Counted from the first letter of the stretch, positions 38,336-50,821 are shown. The stretch is 64,000 nt of DNA from Chiloscyllium plagiosum (GCF_004010195.1 NC_057719.1:30894294-30958293); one strand, 5' to 3'. Numbers and translations are program-made. The notes: a model not told the origin generated them from the sequence alone.

Positions 38336-38889
38336 CATTGGTTAGGCCACTTTTGCAATATTGCATGCAATTCTGGTCTCCTTGCTTTAGGAAGGATATT
38401 GTGAAACCTGAAAGGGTTTTGAAAATAATTACAAAGATGTTGCCAGGGTTGGAGGGTTTGAGCAATGGGGAGAGGCTGAATAGGCTGGGGCTATTTTCCC
38501 TAGAATGTCAGAAGCTGAGGGGTGACCTTATAGAGGTTTATAAAATCATGAAGGGCATGGATAGGGAGAATAGCCAAGGCCTTTTCCCTGGGTGGAGGAG
38601 TCCAAAACTAGACGCCATAGGTTTAAGGTGACAGAGAAAAGATTGTAAAGTGGCAACTTTTTAATGCAGAGGGTGGTGCATGTATGGAATGAGCTGCCAT
38701 AGGAAGTGATGGAGGCAGGCACAATTACAACATTTAAAATGCATCTGGATTGATATATGAATAGGAACGGTTTAGAGGGGTATCAGCCAAATGCTGGCAA
38801 ATGAGATTCGATTAATTTAGGATATCTGGTCAGAATGGACAAGTTGAACTGAAAGGTTTGTTTCCATGCTGTATGTCTCTATGACTCTA
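38336..38889 (+). mobile_element. 5'-truncated CR1 3' end
   Basis: LVRPLLQYCMQFWSP...LRGDLIEVYKIM and ctctatgactct tail. Confidence 0.9.
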
Positions 38890-39157
38890 AGTATTCAAGG
38901 TTCAACAATAAAAGCACTTCCTAGAAGGACTGAAAAACTATTTTCTAATCAACTTGTTCAGAGCTGTTATCACACAAGTGCCTAAGTGCTATATAATGGC
39001 TGTTGCTCCTGTTTCCCATTCCAGGGTATTATCCACATAGGTTAACTTAGAAGGACTGAAAAATTATTTCAGTGGGATACCAAAACTGTACCACAGAACT
39101 GAAGGCAGGTTGAAGATCTCTAGGTCAATATTGCTTTTATATGAAGTTTGTTCCTAA

Positions 39158-40920
39158 CCATCTTAGACTGGAACTGCCATAGTGTTAAGGGTTTAGATGG
39201 AGAGAAATTTGTTAAGTGTGTACACGAAAATTTTCTGATTCAGTATGTGGATGTACCTACTAAAGAAGGTGCAAAACTTGATCTACTCTTGGGAAATAAG
39301 GCAGGGCAGGTGACTGAGGTGTCAGTGGGAGAGCACTTTGGGGCCAGCGACCATAATTCTATTAGATTTAAAATAGTGATGGAAAAGGATAGACCAGATC
39401 TAAAAGTTGAAGTTCTAAATTGGAGAAAGGCCAATTTTGACGGTATTAGGCAAGAACTTTCAAAAGCTGATTGGGGGCAGATGTTCGCAGGTAAAGGGAT
39501 GGCTGGAAAATGGGAAGCCTTCAGAACTGAGATAACGAGAATCAGAAAAAATAGATTCCTGTTAGGGTGAAAGGAAAGGCTGGTAGGTATAGGGAATGCT
39601 GGATGACCAATTAAATTGAGGGTTTGGTTAAGAAAAAGAAGGAAGCATATGTAAGGTTACAGACAGGATAGATCAAGTGAATCCTTACAAGAGTATGAAG
39701 GCAGTAGGAGTATACTTAAGAGGGAAATCAGGAGGGCAAAAAGGGGATATGAGATAGTTTTGGCAAATAGAATTAAGGAGAATCCAAAGGGTTTTTACAA
39801 ATACATTAAGCAGGTAAGGTGCTGGAAGACTGGAGGTTAGTAAGTTTGCAGATGATACCAAAATTGGAGGTGGAGTGAACAGCGAAGAGGGTTACCTCAG
39901 ATTACACAGGATCTTGACCAGATGGGCCAATGGTCTGAGAAGTGGCAGATGGAGATGTGAGGTGCTGCATTTTGGGAAAGCAAATCTTAGTAGGATTTAC
40001 ACACTTAAGGGTAAGGTCCTAGGGAGTGTTTTTGAACAAAGAGACCTTAGAGTGCAGGTTCATAGGTCCTTGAAAGTGGAATTGCAGGTAGATAGGATAG
40101 TGAAGAAGGCGTTTGGTATGCTTTCGTTTATTGGTCAGAATATTGAGTACAGGAGTTGGGAGCTGAAAATGTGTTGCTGGAAAAGCGCAACAGGGCTCAT
40201 GCCCGAAACGTCGATTCTCCTGCTCCTTGGATGTTGCCTGGCCTGCTGCGCTTTTCCAGCAACACATTTTCAGCTCTGCTCTCCAGCATCTGCAGTCCTC
40301 ACTTTCTCCTACAAGAGTTGGGAGGTCATGTTGCGGCTGTACAGGACATTGGTTATTGTTGGCATATTGTGTGCAATTCCGGTCTCCTTCCTATCAGAAA
40401 GTTGTTGTGAAACTTGAAAGGGTTCCGAAAAGATTTACAAGGATGTTGCCAGGGTTGGAGGATCTGAGCTATAGGCAGAGGCTGAACAGGCTGGGGCTGT
40501 TTTCCCTGGAGCGTTGGAGGCTGAGAGGTGACCTTATAGAGGTTTACAAAATTATGAAGGGCATGGATAGAGTAAATAGACAAAGTCTTTTCTCTGGGGT
40601 TGGGGAGTCCAGAACTAGACGGCATAGGTTTAGGGTGAGAGGGGAAAGATATAAAAGAGACCTAGGGGGCAACCTTTTCACACAGAGAGTGGTACATGTA
40701 TGGAAAGAGCTGCCAGAGGAAGTGGTGCAGGCTGGTACAACTGGAACATTTAAAAGGCATTTAGGAAGTGGTGCAGGCTGGTACAACTGGAACATTTAAA
40801 AGGCATTTGGATGGATATATGAATAGGAAGGGTTTGGGCCGGGTGCTGGTAGGTGGGACTAGATTGGGTTGGGATATCTGGCCGGCATGGACAGGTTGGA
40901 CTGAAGGATTGTTTCCATCC
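39158..40920 (+). mobile_element. CR1 with endonuclease C-terminus, linker and RT end, multiply deleted
   Basis: PTKEGAKLDLLLGN..GASDHNSI; abrupt joins at ~39810 and ~39837; KFADDTK; 46-bp tandem duplication at 40717-40808. Confidence 0.9.
40163..40309. mobile_element. PLE pLTR hairpin insertion (family A variant) inside CR1
   Basis: Short inverted arm plus full arm starting at gggctcatgcccgaaacgtc; 15-bp TSD tacaRgagttgggag at 40148-40162 and 40310-40324. Confidence 0.9.
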
Positions 40921-41499
40921 TATTGAATATCAAATCCACCCTGCATCTAAGACACCAGACCCTGAGTTAGCACAAAGAAGAAATGTTAGGTGACAGCAAA
41001 GAAAAACTTGTAAGGTCACATTGAAAGGATCATGTGATTTTAGATTTTTGTGAATAGCTGTGACAAATCTTAGAAATATCTATATTTGAAAGAAGGACTG
41101 CTCGATATATGGCATTATTATACGGCACAATACTTTGCTGTTGAGATTTAGAATTCACTAGATAACTACATGAAGAAAGGACTTTTATTTAGACTTTTGG
41201 TTGATAAGATGAAACAAAGTTTGATGGTGTCTGGTTTCCAAATTATAGTCTCTATTCATCTGTCGTTGATAGACAAATAAGTCTAGTCCTCAGCAGTTGC
41301 CATTACACCTACTTTCTGTTTTGCATGGGCCAGAGCTGCAGCATTAGTGATGCCACTTTCAACTTCACTCGCATCTGTCTGGCTTATCTACCATCAATCC
41401 TCATCCTGATTTACAAAATTATGGAGGACATAACATATTTTCACCTCTGAAGAAATGGGTTTGTGCACACATTGCAAGACACCATCCAGTCAATGGTAT

Positions 41500-41975
41500 C
41501 TTCTTTTCAAGTTTTTATTTTATGAAAATAGTTCTAGGGATGAGGGACATCAGATTGAATTAACTGGGGCTGTGCTCCTGAGAGAAAATGTTCAGTGTAG
41601 TTTTGATAGAATTTAAAATCATGAGAGGTTGAGAATGAGTAAATAAAGAGGACTTATTTTCCCATTACCAGAAGGTTTGAAAAATATGGGACACAGATTT
41701 AAAGTAATGAGCATAAGAACAAAAGGCAGCATAAAGAAAAAGCAATTTATGCAGCAAACAATTAGGAACTTGAATTCACTGTCTGAAAGTGTGATGCAAG
41801 GAAGACTCAAATGTGGGATTCAAAAGATGATGGAATAAATGCCAGAAAACAATTATGCAGGGCTACAGATGAAGGTCAGGGAAGTAAGACTGGCTAAATT
41901 GTTCTTCCAGAGTTACTGAACAGATTCAATATGCTGAATGGCTTCCTTCAATGTTGTATCCATTTTTTGATTTAC
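41500..41975 (+). mobile_element. Old CR1 3' end
   Basis: Degenerate FKIMRG, GHRFKV and 3' UTR gctgaatggcttcctt. Confidence 0.6.
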
Positions 41976-42109
41976 CGTGTTTTCATGTGTGCAGCATAAT
42001 GATATGGGTGCTTCAAGAAAGTCATACTACAAGCTATGGAAGAAGCGAACAATCTTGTTAGTTGGTAGCCATCTTTTGTCTCATCTGAAATAGAGCTGAG
42101 ACACTGGAT

Positions 42110-42290
42110 TGAGCAGTGTGGAGGGAGTAGAGGATACTTTTCTCTGTATCTAACCTTTTTAGTACCTGTCCTGGAAATGCTTGATGGAGACAGTGTCGAG
42201 AGATCTATACTCTGTAGCTAACCCCATGCAGTACCTGTCCTGAGAGTATTGATGGGACTGTGTAGAGGTAGCTTTACTCTCTATCTAACT
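42110..42290. repeat. About 2.5 degenerate copies of a ~69-bp unit
   Basis: Recurring actctgtatctaacc...gtacctgtcctg...ttgatgg.gac.gtgt.gag. Confidence 0.75.
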
Positions 42291-42349
42291 GCTTCCAACA
42301 TGTTGTGAATGCGCGTCAAGAAGCTGTGCTTTTCATCATAAATGGTTTG

Positions 42350-43450
42350 CAACAACACCTTAATTACTTAACTTTTATTCATGCAGCATTTTTAATTCAA
42401 AGCTTCTCACAGGAATAATACAAAGTAAGTTTTGACACCAAACCTCATCAGGAAATATCATAGCATATGACTACTAGCTTGATCAAAGAGGCATATTCTA
42501 AATAGTGTCTAAAAGGAATAAAATAAGATTGAGATTTGGAGGGGTTTAGAAAGGGAATTCCAGAGCTTGGGGCCTCAGGCAGCTGAAAGCATGTTGACCA
42601 AGTTCCAGCAATTAAAATTGGAGATGTGTAAAAACCTAGAAATAGCAGATAGCAGATGTTGGAGGCAGGTCGGTGTGGACTTGTTGGGCCGAAGGGCCTG
42701 TTTCCACACTGTAATCTAATCTAATCAAAATCTAATCTAAAGTTCCAGCAATTAAAATTGGAGATGTGTAAAAACCTAGAAATAGCAGATAGCAGATGTT
42801 GGAGGGCTGGAGCAGATCCCACAAATAGGAAGGGAGCGGTTAGGGAAGGATTTCAAGCCAAAGACGAGAAATTGTAAAATTGAGGCGCGTCTTAAATGGA
42901 AACTAAGGTAAGGGTGTGCAAAGGAGTACTGAACAAATGAGACTGTGTGTAAGGAAGGATATGTATAGCAGAGTTTTAGATCTCCTCAAGCTTATGAAAA
43001 GAAGAATATGGGAAAACAGCTTGCAGTGTATTTAAATAGGCTAGTTTAAAGGCAGAGGGTATGTCAGGTGATGTTACAGGAGTGGAAATCTTATTGATGA
43101 TTATGAAGGTTCGTACCAGAGTCAAAATATTAACTCTGTTTTTCTCTCTCCATAGATGCTGGCAGATCTGCTGAGTTTCTCTAGCATCCCCTGTATTTGT
43201 ATCTTACTGATGGTGTGGTATGTGGTCAGATGTTCAGTTTGGGGTCAACTGTGACATCAAAATTATGAATGGTCTGCTTCAGCTCACAGAATTGCCATGC
43301 AGAGGGACGGACTTGTCGATATTGAATTAGAGGTGACTTCTGCTCATTCAGTACTAAACATTCGAGAAGCTCTCTGATAATTTAGTGACAGTGGAATACT
43401 TTAAAGATACGATGCTGAGGTAGAGCCAGATGACATCAACGTACATGGGA
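42350..43450 (-). mobile_element. Old L2-clade LINE 3' part
   Basis: Minus-strand MYVDVIWLYL (~43420-43450) resembles the L2 HMYADDTQLYL motif; L2-like 3' region cccaagctctggaattccct. Confidence 0.6.
42666..42739 (+). mobile_element. 74-bp HE1/HER1 3'-tail insertion with a 66-bp direct repeat on both sides
   Basis: ggtcggtgtggacttgttgggccgaagggcctgtttccacactgt(aatct)n; identical flanks at 42600-42665 and 42740-42805. Confidence 0.9.
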
Positions 43451-43645
43451 AAATTAACACAGTGTTTGGATCTTTAGAGTATAGGAGGATTTCATGCCCA
43501 AATATAAACACCCATATTATATCGGTATAATCAACCACCACAAGAAGTCAGGGGCAGTTCTGAAAAATACAATCACTCATTGCTTCTTTCAAATGAGAGT
43601 ACTATCAAATTGTATAAATTAAACTGACCTAACAAAGAAGATATC

Positions 43646-44530
43646 ATGAACGAGTTGGACCGAAGAGTTTGTTTCTGTGCTGTACATCTCTATGAAGTGG
43701 CAGATTGAGTTTTTTTCAGATAAATGTGAGGTGCTACATTTTTGGAAAGCAAATCTTAGCAGGACTTATACACTTATACACTTAATGGTAAGGTACTAGG
43801 GAGTGTTGCTGAACAAAGAGACCTTGGAGTGCAGGTTCATAGCTCCTTGAAAGTGAAGATGCAGGTAGATAGGATAGTAAAGAAGGCATTTGGTATGCTT
43901 TCCTTTATTGGTCAGAGTATTGAGTACAGGAGTTGAAAGGTCATGTTACAGCTGTACAGGACATTGGTTAGGCCACTGTTGGAATATTGCGTGCAATTCT
44001 GGTCTCCTTCCTATTGGAAAGATGTTGCAAAACTTGGAAGTGTTCAGAAAAGATTTACAAGGATGTTGCCAGAGTTGGAGGATTTGAGCTATAGGGAGAG
44101 ACTGAATAGGCCAGTGCTCTTTTCCCTAAAGTGTCAGAGGCTGAGGTGTGACCTTTTTATAAGTTTTTAAAATCATGAGGGTTATGGATAGGGTGAATAG
44201 CCAAAGTCTTTTCTCTAGATTTGTGGAGTCCAAAACTAGAGGGCATACATTTAAGATGCGAAGGGAAAGATTTAAAAGGGACTATAAGGGATAGCCTTTT
44301 CAAGCAGAGGGTGGTGTGTGTATGGAGGAAGTGCAGCCACAAGAAGCGGTGAAGGCTGGTACAATTACAATATTTAAAAAAGCTTCTGGATGGGTGTATG
44401 AATAGAGGATTTAGAGAGATGTGGGCCAAATGCTGGCAAATGGGACTAGATTAATTTCGGATATCTGGTCGGCATGGATGAGTTGGACTTAAGGTCTGTT
44501 GCCTTGTTGTACAGTCTATGATTCTACGAC
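43646..44530 (+). mobile_element. 5'-truncated CR1 preceded by a short copy of a CR1 3' tail
   Basis: Tail piece at 43646-43695 (catgaacgagttggaccgaag...ctctatga) joined to aagtggcaga (KWQ); MLQLYRTLVRPLLEYCVQFWSP; normal tail ending ~44530. Confidence 0.88.
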
Positions 44531-44585
44531 TATATAATATCAAAAAACGATTGGAGATGCTGGATAACATTCTGGCAATAATACT

Positions 44586-45207
44586 TGTCACAAAGCTAGT
44601 CCCATTTCCTCTAAAAGCTGTTCCTTGGTTCAAGGAGTCTCTGTCCTTGATTTTTTCAGATGGGTAATAAACTAGGCCGGATCCGATTGGTCTGGTTTGG
44701 TACAGAGATGAAAAGGATTTTGAGAGGCCTTTTGTTTATGTGCAAACAGATGAGACTTCAGGCAAACATGATCATGTTTTAGAAGTGACTTGTATAATGA
44801 AAGTGGAGTGGTCAACTCTTTAGCTGAGCTGAGCAGTTTTAGTTCAGTCAACAGGGAGCTGTGTGGAAACTCTCTCTTTTCTGCCCTTCAACTTCAACCT
44901 GTAAGCATGTGTTCCATTTATACTGGGTTTTAAAGGGAGTTTGCTTATTGGGACTGTTATGTATATTCAGAACAGCATAATTAAATCCAGCTGGATAGGC
45001 TGAGTTCTGTAGGGGTTCTTTATTCTGTTCTTCGTTTCATTGTGTAATTTTGTGAATACATTTTTGTTTGTTTTAAAATCTAATAGTTGACCTAGCTTGC
45101 TTACTCTGGGTAATTTTCACTGTACATTTACCAAAGCAAATTACAAAGTCATGGTCTGGGGCTGCCTGCTTAAGAATATTTTGAGTGGTCTGGCCTAATC
45201 CATAATA
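44586..45207 (+). repeat. 5' LTR of Gypsy copy 2 (622 bp)
   Basis: TGTCACAAAGCT...TCCATAATA, collinear with the 3' LTR. Confidence 0.93.
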
Positions 45208-45210
45208 GAT

Positions 45211-45229
45211 TGGGGGCTCTTTGCGGGAT
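45211..45229 (+). promoter_or_regulatory. Primer-binding site, tRNA-Pro type (degenerate)
   Basis: TGGGGGCTCTTTGCGGGAT, 3 nt after the LTR end. Confidence 0.8.
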
Positions 45230-45949
45230 TTTAAACCGTGAGTGGTAGGTGCTAGTGTCTTTATTTCAGGTGTTGGTTTGGTTGGGTAGACAAAACTTGG
45301 GATAGTAATGGCTCTTTCAGTTGCCAGAAGTTTTCTGGATGTAGATGCGGTGACTTTGGAAGGTTTGCAAAAAGCGAATAAGACCAAGTTGCAAGAATTA
45401 GCAGAGAGGCTAGAATTGGAACTGCCTGCTTCTGTGAGAAAAGGAGAGATAATTACAGCAGTAGCTCAGTATTTGAACTTGCTGGAGAAACCATCGGAAT
45501 CTATTGAGATGGCAAGAATTCAATTACAAATGAAGCAGCTTGAGTTAGAATCGAGAGAAAAGGAAAGGGCAACAGAAATGAAAGAGTTTGAGTTATGATT
45601 AAAAACAGAAGGGGGGAAAAGTAGAGAACAGAAAAGAAAAAGAGAGTTTTTAAACTTCAATAACTGACACTTAAAAAGGAAATTCAGCTTAAAAGGGTGG
45701 AAATAAAAGCTGAGGGTAGGCTTAGTGAGGAAGAAAGTGAGGAGGAGCAAGCCCCTGGCTTGATGAGAAGGATGTGGAAGCCTTTTTCATCTCATTTGAA
45801 AAGTTGGCTAACCAGATGCAGTGGCTAGTGGCAATGTGGGTTTTGTTGATACAAACAAAACTTGTAGGTAGGGCTAGTGAGGTATTCACATCCCTGTTGG
45901 AGGAGGTATCTGGGCAGTATGAAGAGGTGAAAAAAGCCATTTTAAGTGC

Positions 45950-46149
45950 TGATTTGGAGATGCCAGTGTTGGACTGGGGTGTACAAAGTTAAAAATCACA
46001 CAACACCAGGTTATAGTCCAACAGGTTTCATTGGAAGCACACTAGCTTTCGGAGCGCTGTTCCTTCATCAGGTACAATCACCTGACGAAAGCTCCGAAAG
46101 CTTCCAATTAAACCTGTTGGAGTATAACCTGGTGTTATGTGATTGTTAA
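45950..46149. mobile_element. PLE pLTR hairpin insertion (family B) in gag of Gypsy copy 2
   Basis: Inverted arms; 12-bp TSD cattttaagtgc at 45938-45949 and 46150-46161; removing it restores YEEVKKAILSA-FELVPEAY; hammerhead core on the minus strand at ~46038-46073. Confidence 0.93.
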
Positions 46150-48705
46150 CATTTTAAGTGCATTTGAGCTTGTACCAGAAGCCTATAGACAATGTTTCAG
46201 GAATCTAAGGCGGGACCCTGGTCAAATCTATCTTGAGTTTGAAAGGATCAAACAGAGTAATTTTGATAGATGGATAAGAGCTTTAAAAATCGAGCAAATC
46301 TATGATGCCCTTAGAGAGGTAATCATTTTGGAGGAATTCAAAAATTCACTGCCTGAAGTAGTGCGAACTCATGTGGAAGAGCAGATAGAAATTGGGGCAA
46401 AGAGAAATCCTCATGTGGAAAGGGAAAGGTAGATCTCAGTGAAGATCATAAGGATAACTTACCACAGGGTAAAAAAGAAACCCTTGAGAGGGACAAAGAA
46501 GTTAAAAAGCTCTGGTGTTTTCATTGTAATAAAGTGGGCCACATGAAATCACAGTGTTGGTGGGCCAGGAGAAAGCCAGATGTAGGAAAACCAGACAAGC
46601 CTGGAAGTTTTGTTGGACTAATAACAAAAAGCACCAGGGAAGTTAGACAACTGCCTCAGAGTGTTCAAGATGATCAGAGGTTGATTAAGGAGGAAGTGCC
46701 AGATCTGCTTAAAAAATATCCATGCCAGGGTAAAGTTTATTCACAAAGGCCAGGAGTAACAAGCAAGGAGGTTACAAATATTAAGGGGCATATGATCCTC
46801 TCAATGTATAATGCTGAGGAATAGGGAGATATGTACTCCTGAGAGACTATTGCCAGAGAAGGTACTGGTAACAGGAATTCATGGTGCTCAGATATGTAAA
46901 GTGAGGCTAGAGAGTCCAGAGAAGAGTGCAGAACTTGTGGTAGGAGTACTGAGCAAACTGTCAGATCTAGGAATACAATTTGTTCTTGCAAATGATATAA
47001 CTGCTTCACCGGTAGGTGTGCGGCCTACTCTAGTTGAAAAGCCAGTGGAGATGCAGGCAACTGAAGGCATGGAAAATTTCTATCCCGGAATTTACCCTGA
47101 TTGTGTGGTCACAAGATCACAGAGGCACAAGCTGAAGCAGGAAAGATCAAAAGGCACAGATAATGAGGCTGACATAGTATTATCCGAAACTTTCTTTGAT
47201 CAGGTAAGTGGAGCAGAGAAGGAGAAAATAGGTAAACATGCAAGTATCTTTAGCTCTGCAGAACTGACTGAATTACAGCAGAAAGATGTGGAGTTAAAAC
47301 AGCTATATCAACAGGTATTTACAAAGAAAGAAAGTGAATGCATTCCTGTGTGTTATTACTTAACAAATGACGTCTTAATGAGGAAATGGAGACCATCATA
47401 CATTCAAGCAGATGAGAAATCAAATTGTTTTGCCAGTAGGGCAAGGGAGGTACTGTGAGTGGCAAATGAGATACCACTTGGAGGTCATTTAAGGGTGAGG
47501 AAAACACAGGCTAAAATAGAAAGACATTTTTACTGATGTAGTTGAATTTCGCCAGACATGTCATACATGTCAGCTAATTGTAAAACCACTTGCGCCTTTA
47601 ATTCCAATTCCAGCATTTGAGGAACCTTTCACAAGAGTCTTTATTGATGTCCCCTACCTCAAACAAAAAGTAGGAATAAGTATTTGTTCACAATAATGAT
47701 TGTGTCGACTAGATACCCAGAGGCAATCCCATTATGCCACATCACAGCCAGAAGGGTTTAGAAGAATTACTTAATTTGTTTTTACTAGATGTAGACTACA
47801 AATAGAGATCCAGTCAGATCGAGGATCAAGCTAAAAGCGAATTTGCCAAAGCCCAAGTCACCTTCCGAAGCCATGTTATTGGACATGAACAAATTGCCCC
47901 ACGAGATGCAAATATTGGTGAATTTCTCACACCATCGACTAAAAAAGCAGCACTACTGTTCCTGGGGTTCAGTGGCTTTTACCAAACGTTTGTGCTAAAC
48001 TTTAGCAGTGTGGCTGCTCTACTCACTGAATTGTTAAAAAAGGGCAAGACTTTTCAGTGGACAGTAGACTGTCAAAAAGCATTTGACAGCCTAAAATCTG
48101 TGTTAGCTGCTGCCCCAGTATTAGCCACATAGGATTACATGAAGCCTTTCAAGGTGGCTATCGATGCCAGTGATGTGGGTATCGGTGTGGGTATCTTGCT
48201 CCTGCAAGAGTATCATGAGAGAACAGAAAGACCCATTGGGTATTTTTCCAGGAAGTTGAACGTTTATAAACAGAAATATTCAACGGTGGAGAAAGAGACT
48301 TTCAGCTTTGTGTTGGCATTAGAGCATTTCAGTGTTTATATTACCAGCAATGCATCTGAGACAACCATATACATAGATCACAACCCATTGACATTTGTGA
48401 AAAAATTTAAGGACAAAAATGCCAGACTGTTTATATGGAGCTTGTTGTTGCAGCCATTCAGTTTGACAATTGCGCAAGTGGCAGGTCACAAAACTTAATT
48501 GCTGTTGCATTGTCGAGACTCGAATGAGATAAGGAGGCATTCGGTGGTGGGTGTACTGTGGCCTGAGTTTGCATGTGGTTGTGCATGTTTGCATGTTTAT
48601 AGTTAGTACAGTGTATATCTGTGTTTAGACTACTAACCAGGTTTAAAGGGTTAAAAATGAAGCCTTCTTTTGGTAGCGATGATTCTTTTTCTTTAAGTGG
48701 GGAGG

Positions 48706-49992
48706 TGTCACAAAGCTGTTCCTCGGCTCAAGGATACTTTGTCCTCGACTTTTTTTCAGAGGTGCAATAAACCGGGCTGGGCTCCAATCAGTATGATTTT
48801 GTACAGAGATGAAAAGGATTTTGAGAGGCCTTTTGTTTATATGTAAACAAATAAGACTTCAGGCGATGAGCAGAGAGATCTGGGTGTCCAGGTACACAGA
48901 TCCTTGAAAGTTGCCACCAGGTAGACAGGGTTGTTAAGAAGGCATATTTTAGCTTTTATTAATAGAGGGATCGAGTTCCAGAAACATGAGGTTATGCTAC
49001 AGCTGTACAAAACTCTGGTGCGGCCACACTCGGAATATTGTGTACAGTTATGGTCACCGCATTATAAGAAGGACGTGGAAGCTTTGGAAAGGGTGCAGAG
49101 GAGATTTACTAGGATGTTGCCTGGTATGAAGGGAAGGTCTTACAAGGAAAGGCTGAGGGACCTGAGGCTGTTTTCGTTGGAGAGAAGAAGGTTGAGAGGT
49201 GACTTAATAGAGACATATAAGATAATCAGAGGGTTAGATAGGGTGGACAGGAAGAGCCTTTTTCCAAGTATGGTGATGGCGAGCACAAAGGGGCATAGAT
49301 TTAAATTGAGATGTCAGAGGTAGTTTCTTTACTCAGCGAGTAGTAAGGGTATGGAATGCTTTGCCTGCAACGGTAGTAGATTCACCAACTTTAAGTACAT
49401 TTAAGTTGTCATTGGACAAGCATATGGACGTACACGGAATAGTGTAAGTTAGATGGGCTTCAGATTGGTAAGACAGGTTGACGCAACATCGAGGGCCAAA
49501 GGGCCTGTACTGCGCTGTAATGTTCTATGTTCTATGAAAGTGGTCATGATTTAGAAGTGACCTGTATAATAAAAGAGGCGTGGTCAGCTCCTTAGCTGAG
49601 CTGAGCAGTTTTAGTTCAATCTTGAACTGGGAAGTTCAACAGGGAGCGATATGGAAACTTACTCTCTTTTCTGCCCTTCAACTTCAACCTGTAAGCATGA
49701 GTTCCATTTATACTGAGTTTTAAAGGGAGTTTGCTTATTGGGACTGTTGTGTATGTTCAGAACAGCATAATTAAGTCTAAGTGGATAGGTTGAGTTCTGT
49801 AGGGGTTCTTTATTCTGTTGTTAGTGTCTCATTGTGTAATTTTGTGAATACATTTTTGTCTGTTTTAAAATCTAGTAGTTAACCTAGCTTTCTTACTCCA
49901 GGTAATATTCACTTACCAAAACAAATTGCAAAGTTATGGTCTAGGGTTGCCTAGACAAGAATGTTTTGAGTGGTATGGCCTAGTCCATAACA
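48706..49992 (+). repeat. 3' LTR of Gypsy copy 2, interrupted by a CR1
   Basis: TGTCACAAAGCT at 48706 and TCCATAACA at 49992; LTR sequence resumes at ~49537. Confidence 0.93.
48865..49536 (+). mobile_element. 5'-truncated CR1 inserted in the 3' LTR
   Basis: ORF 48931-49323 MLQLYKTLVRPHSEYCVQLWSP...; tail tgttctatgttctatg. Confidence 0.93.
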
Positions 49993-50090
49993 TACTGAAG
50001 GCTTGTGCTCCAGAACTCGCTGCTCCCCTAGCCAACCTGTTCCAGTACAGTTACAACACTGGCATTACCTGACAATGTGGAAAATTACTG
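49993..50090 (+). mobile_element. LINE RT fragment that was the target of Gypsy copy 2 (left part at ~44560-44585)
   Basis: Joining across the TSD gives in-frame DNILAIILKACAPELAAPLANLFQYSYNTGI. Confidence 0.85.
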
Positions 50091-50821
50091 AAAGGGATGA
50101 CAGTGGATAGGAAGTAGCAAACATTTAGAGTACATGGAGGAACCACAACAATTGTTCATTCTTGTCTGGCACAAAAATTAAACAGGAAAGGTGGCCTAAC
50201 CATGACTAATAAGGAAAATCAAAGATAGAGTTAGGTCCAAGGAAGGGGCATACAAATTGGTCCCAAAAAATGTAGCAGACCTGAGGATTGGAGTCAGTTC
50301 AGATTTCAGCAAAGGAGGACACAGTGATTTAATAAGAGGGAAAGTAGAGTTAAAAATCACACAACACCAGGTTATAGTCCAGCAGGTTTATTTGGAAGCA
50401 CTAGCTTTTCGAGTGCTGTCCCTTCATCAGGTGGTTGTGCAGTATAAGATCGTAAGACACAGAATTTCTAGCAAATATTTAGAGTTGATGTAACTGAAAT
50501 TATATATTGAAAAAGACCTCGCTTGTTTGTTAAGTCTCTCATCTTTTAGAATGACCATGTTGGTTTGAGTTCTTTCATATGTAAATCGCAAAACCTTTTT
50601 AAAAGTTACATTCTCAAGTGAACTTTAACAATTAGTGTCATATCGGCCCAGAATAATGCATTTAAGGTGTGAGCTGCCCTGTGTGAGGCTGTCTGTGTCA
50701 CAATGGTCAGACTGATTCTAATCTAAAAAACAAATTTACCGAATCTTACATGGATTCATGCAGTTTTTGAGCAAAGTAAAATGCAATCCTGGAAGTACAA
50801 ATGTACCCCACGAACTTATAT

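Larger units (their letters stand above)
44586..49992 (+). mobile_element. Gmr1-like Ty3/Gypsy LTR retrotransposon copy 2 (both LTRs, internal deletion)
   Basis: TSD TACT at 44582-44585 and 49993-49996; gag from 45308 with SCAN-like region (LVPEAYRQCFR, LREVIILEEFKNSLP) and zinc knuckle CFHCNKVGHMKSQC; protease region; integrase zinc-binding part and core to EIQSDRGS; RT C-terminus; RNase H (VAIDASDVG, IDHNPL); PPT aagtggggagg at 48695-48705. Confidence 0.95.

Noticed and set aside
38920..39070. Short direct repeat tagaaggactgaaaaa.tattt (two copies ~126 bp apart)
   Set aside because: Could be a small TSD-flanked insertion, but the intervening sequence is unrecognisable and the evidence is too thin
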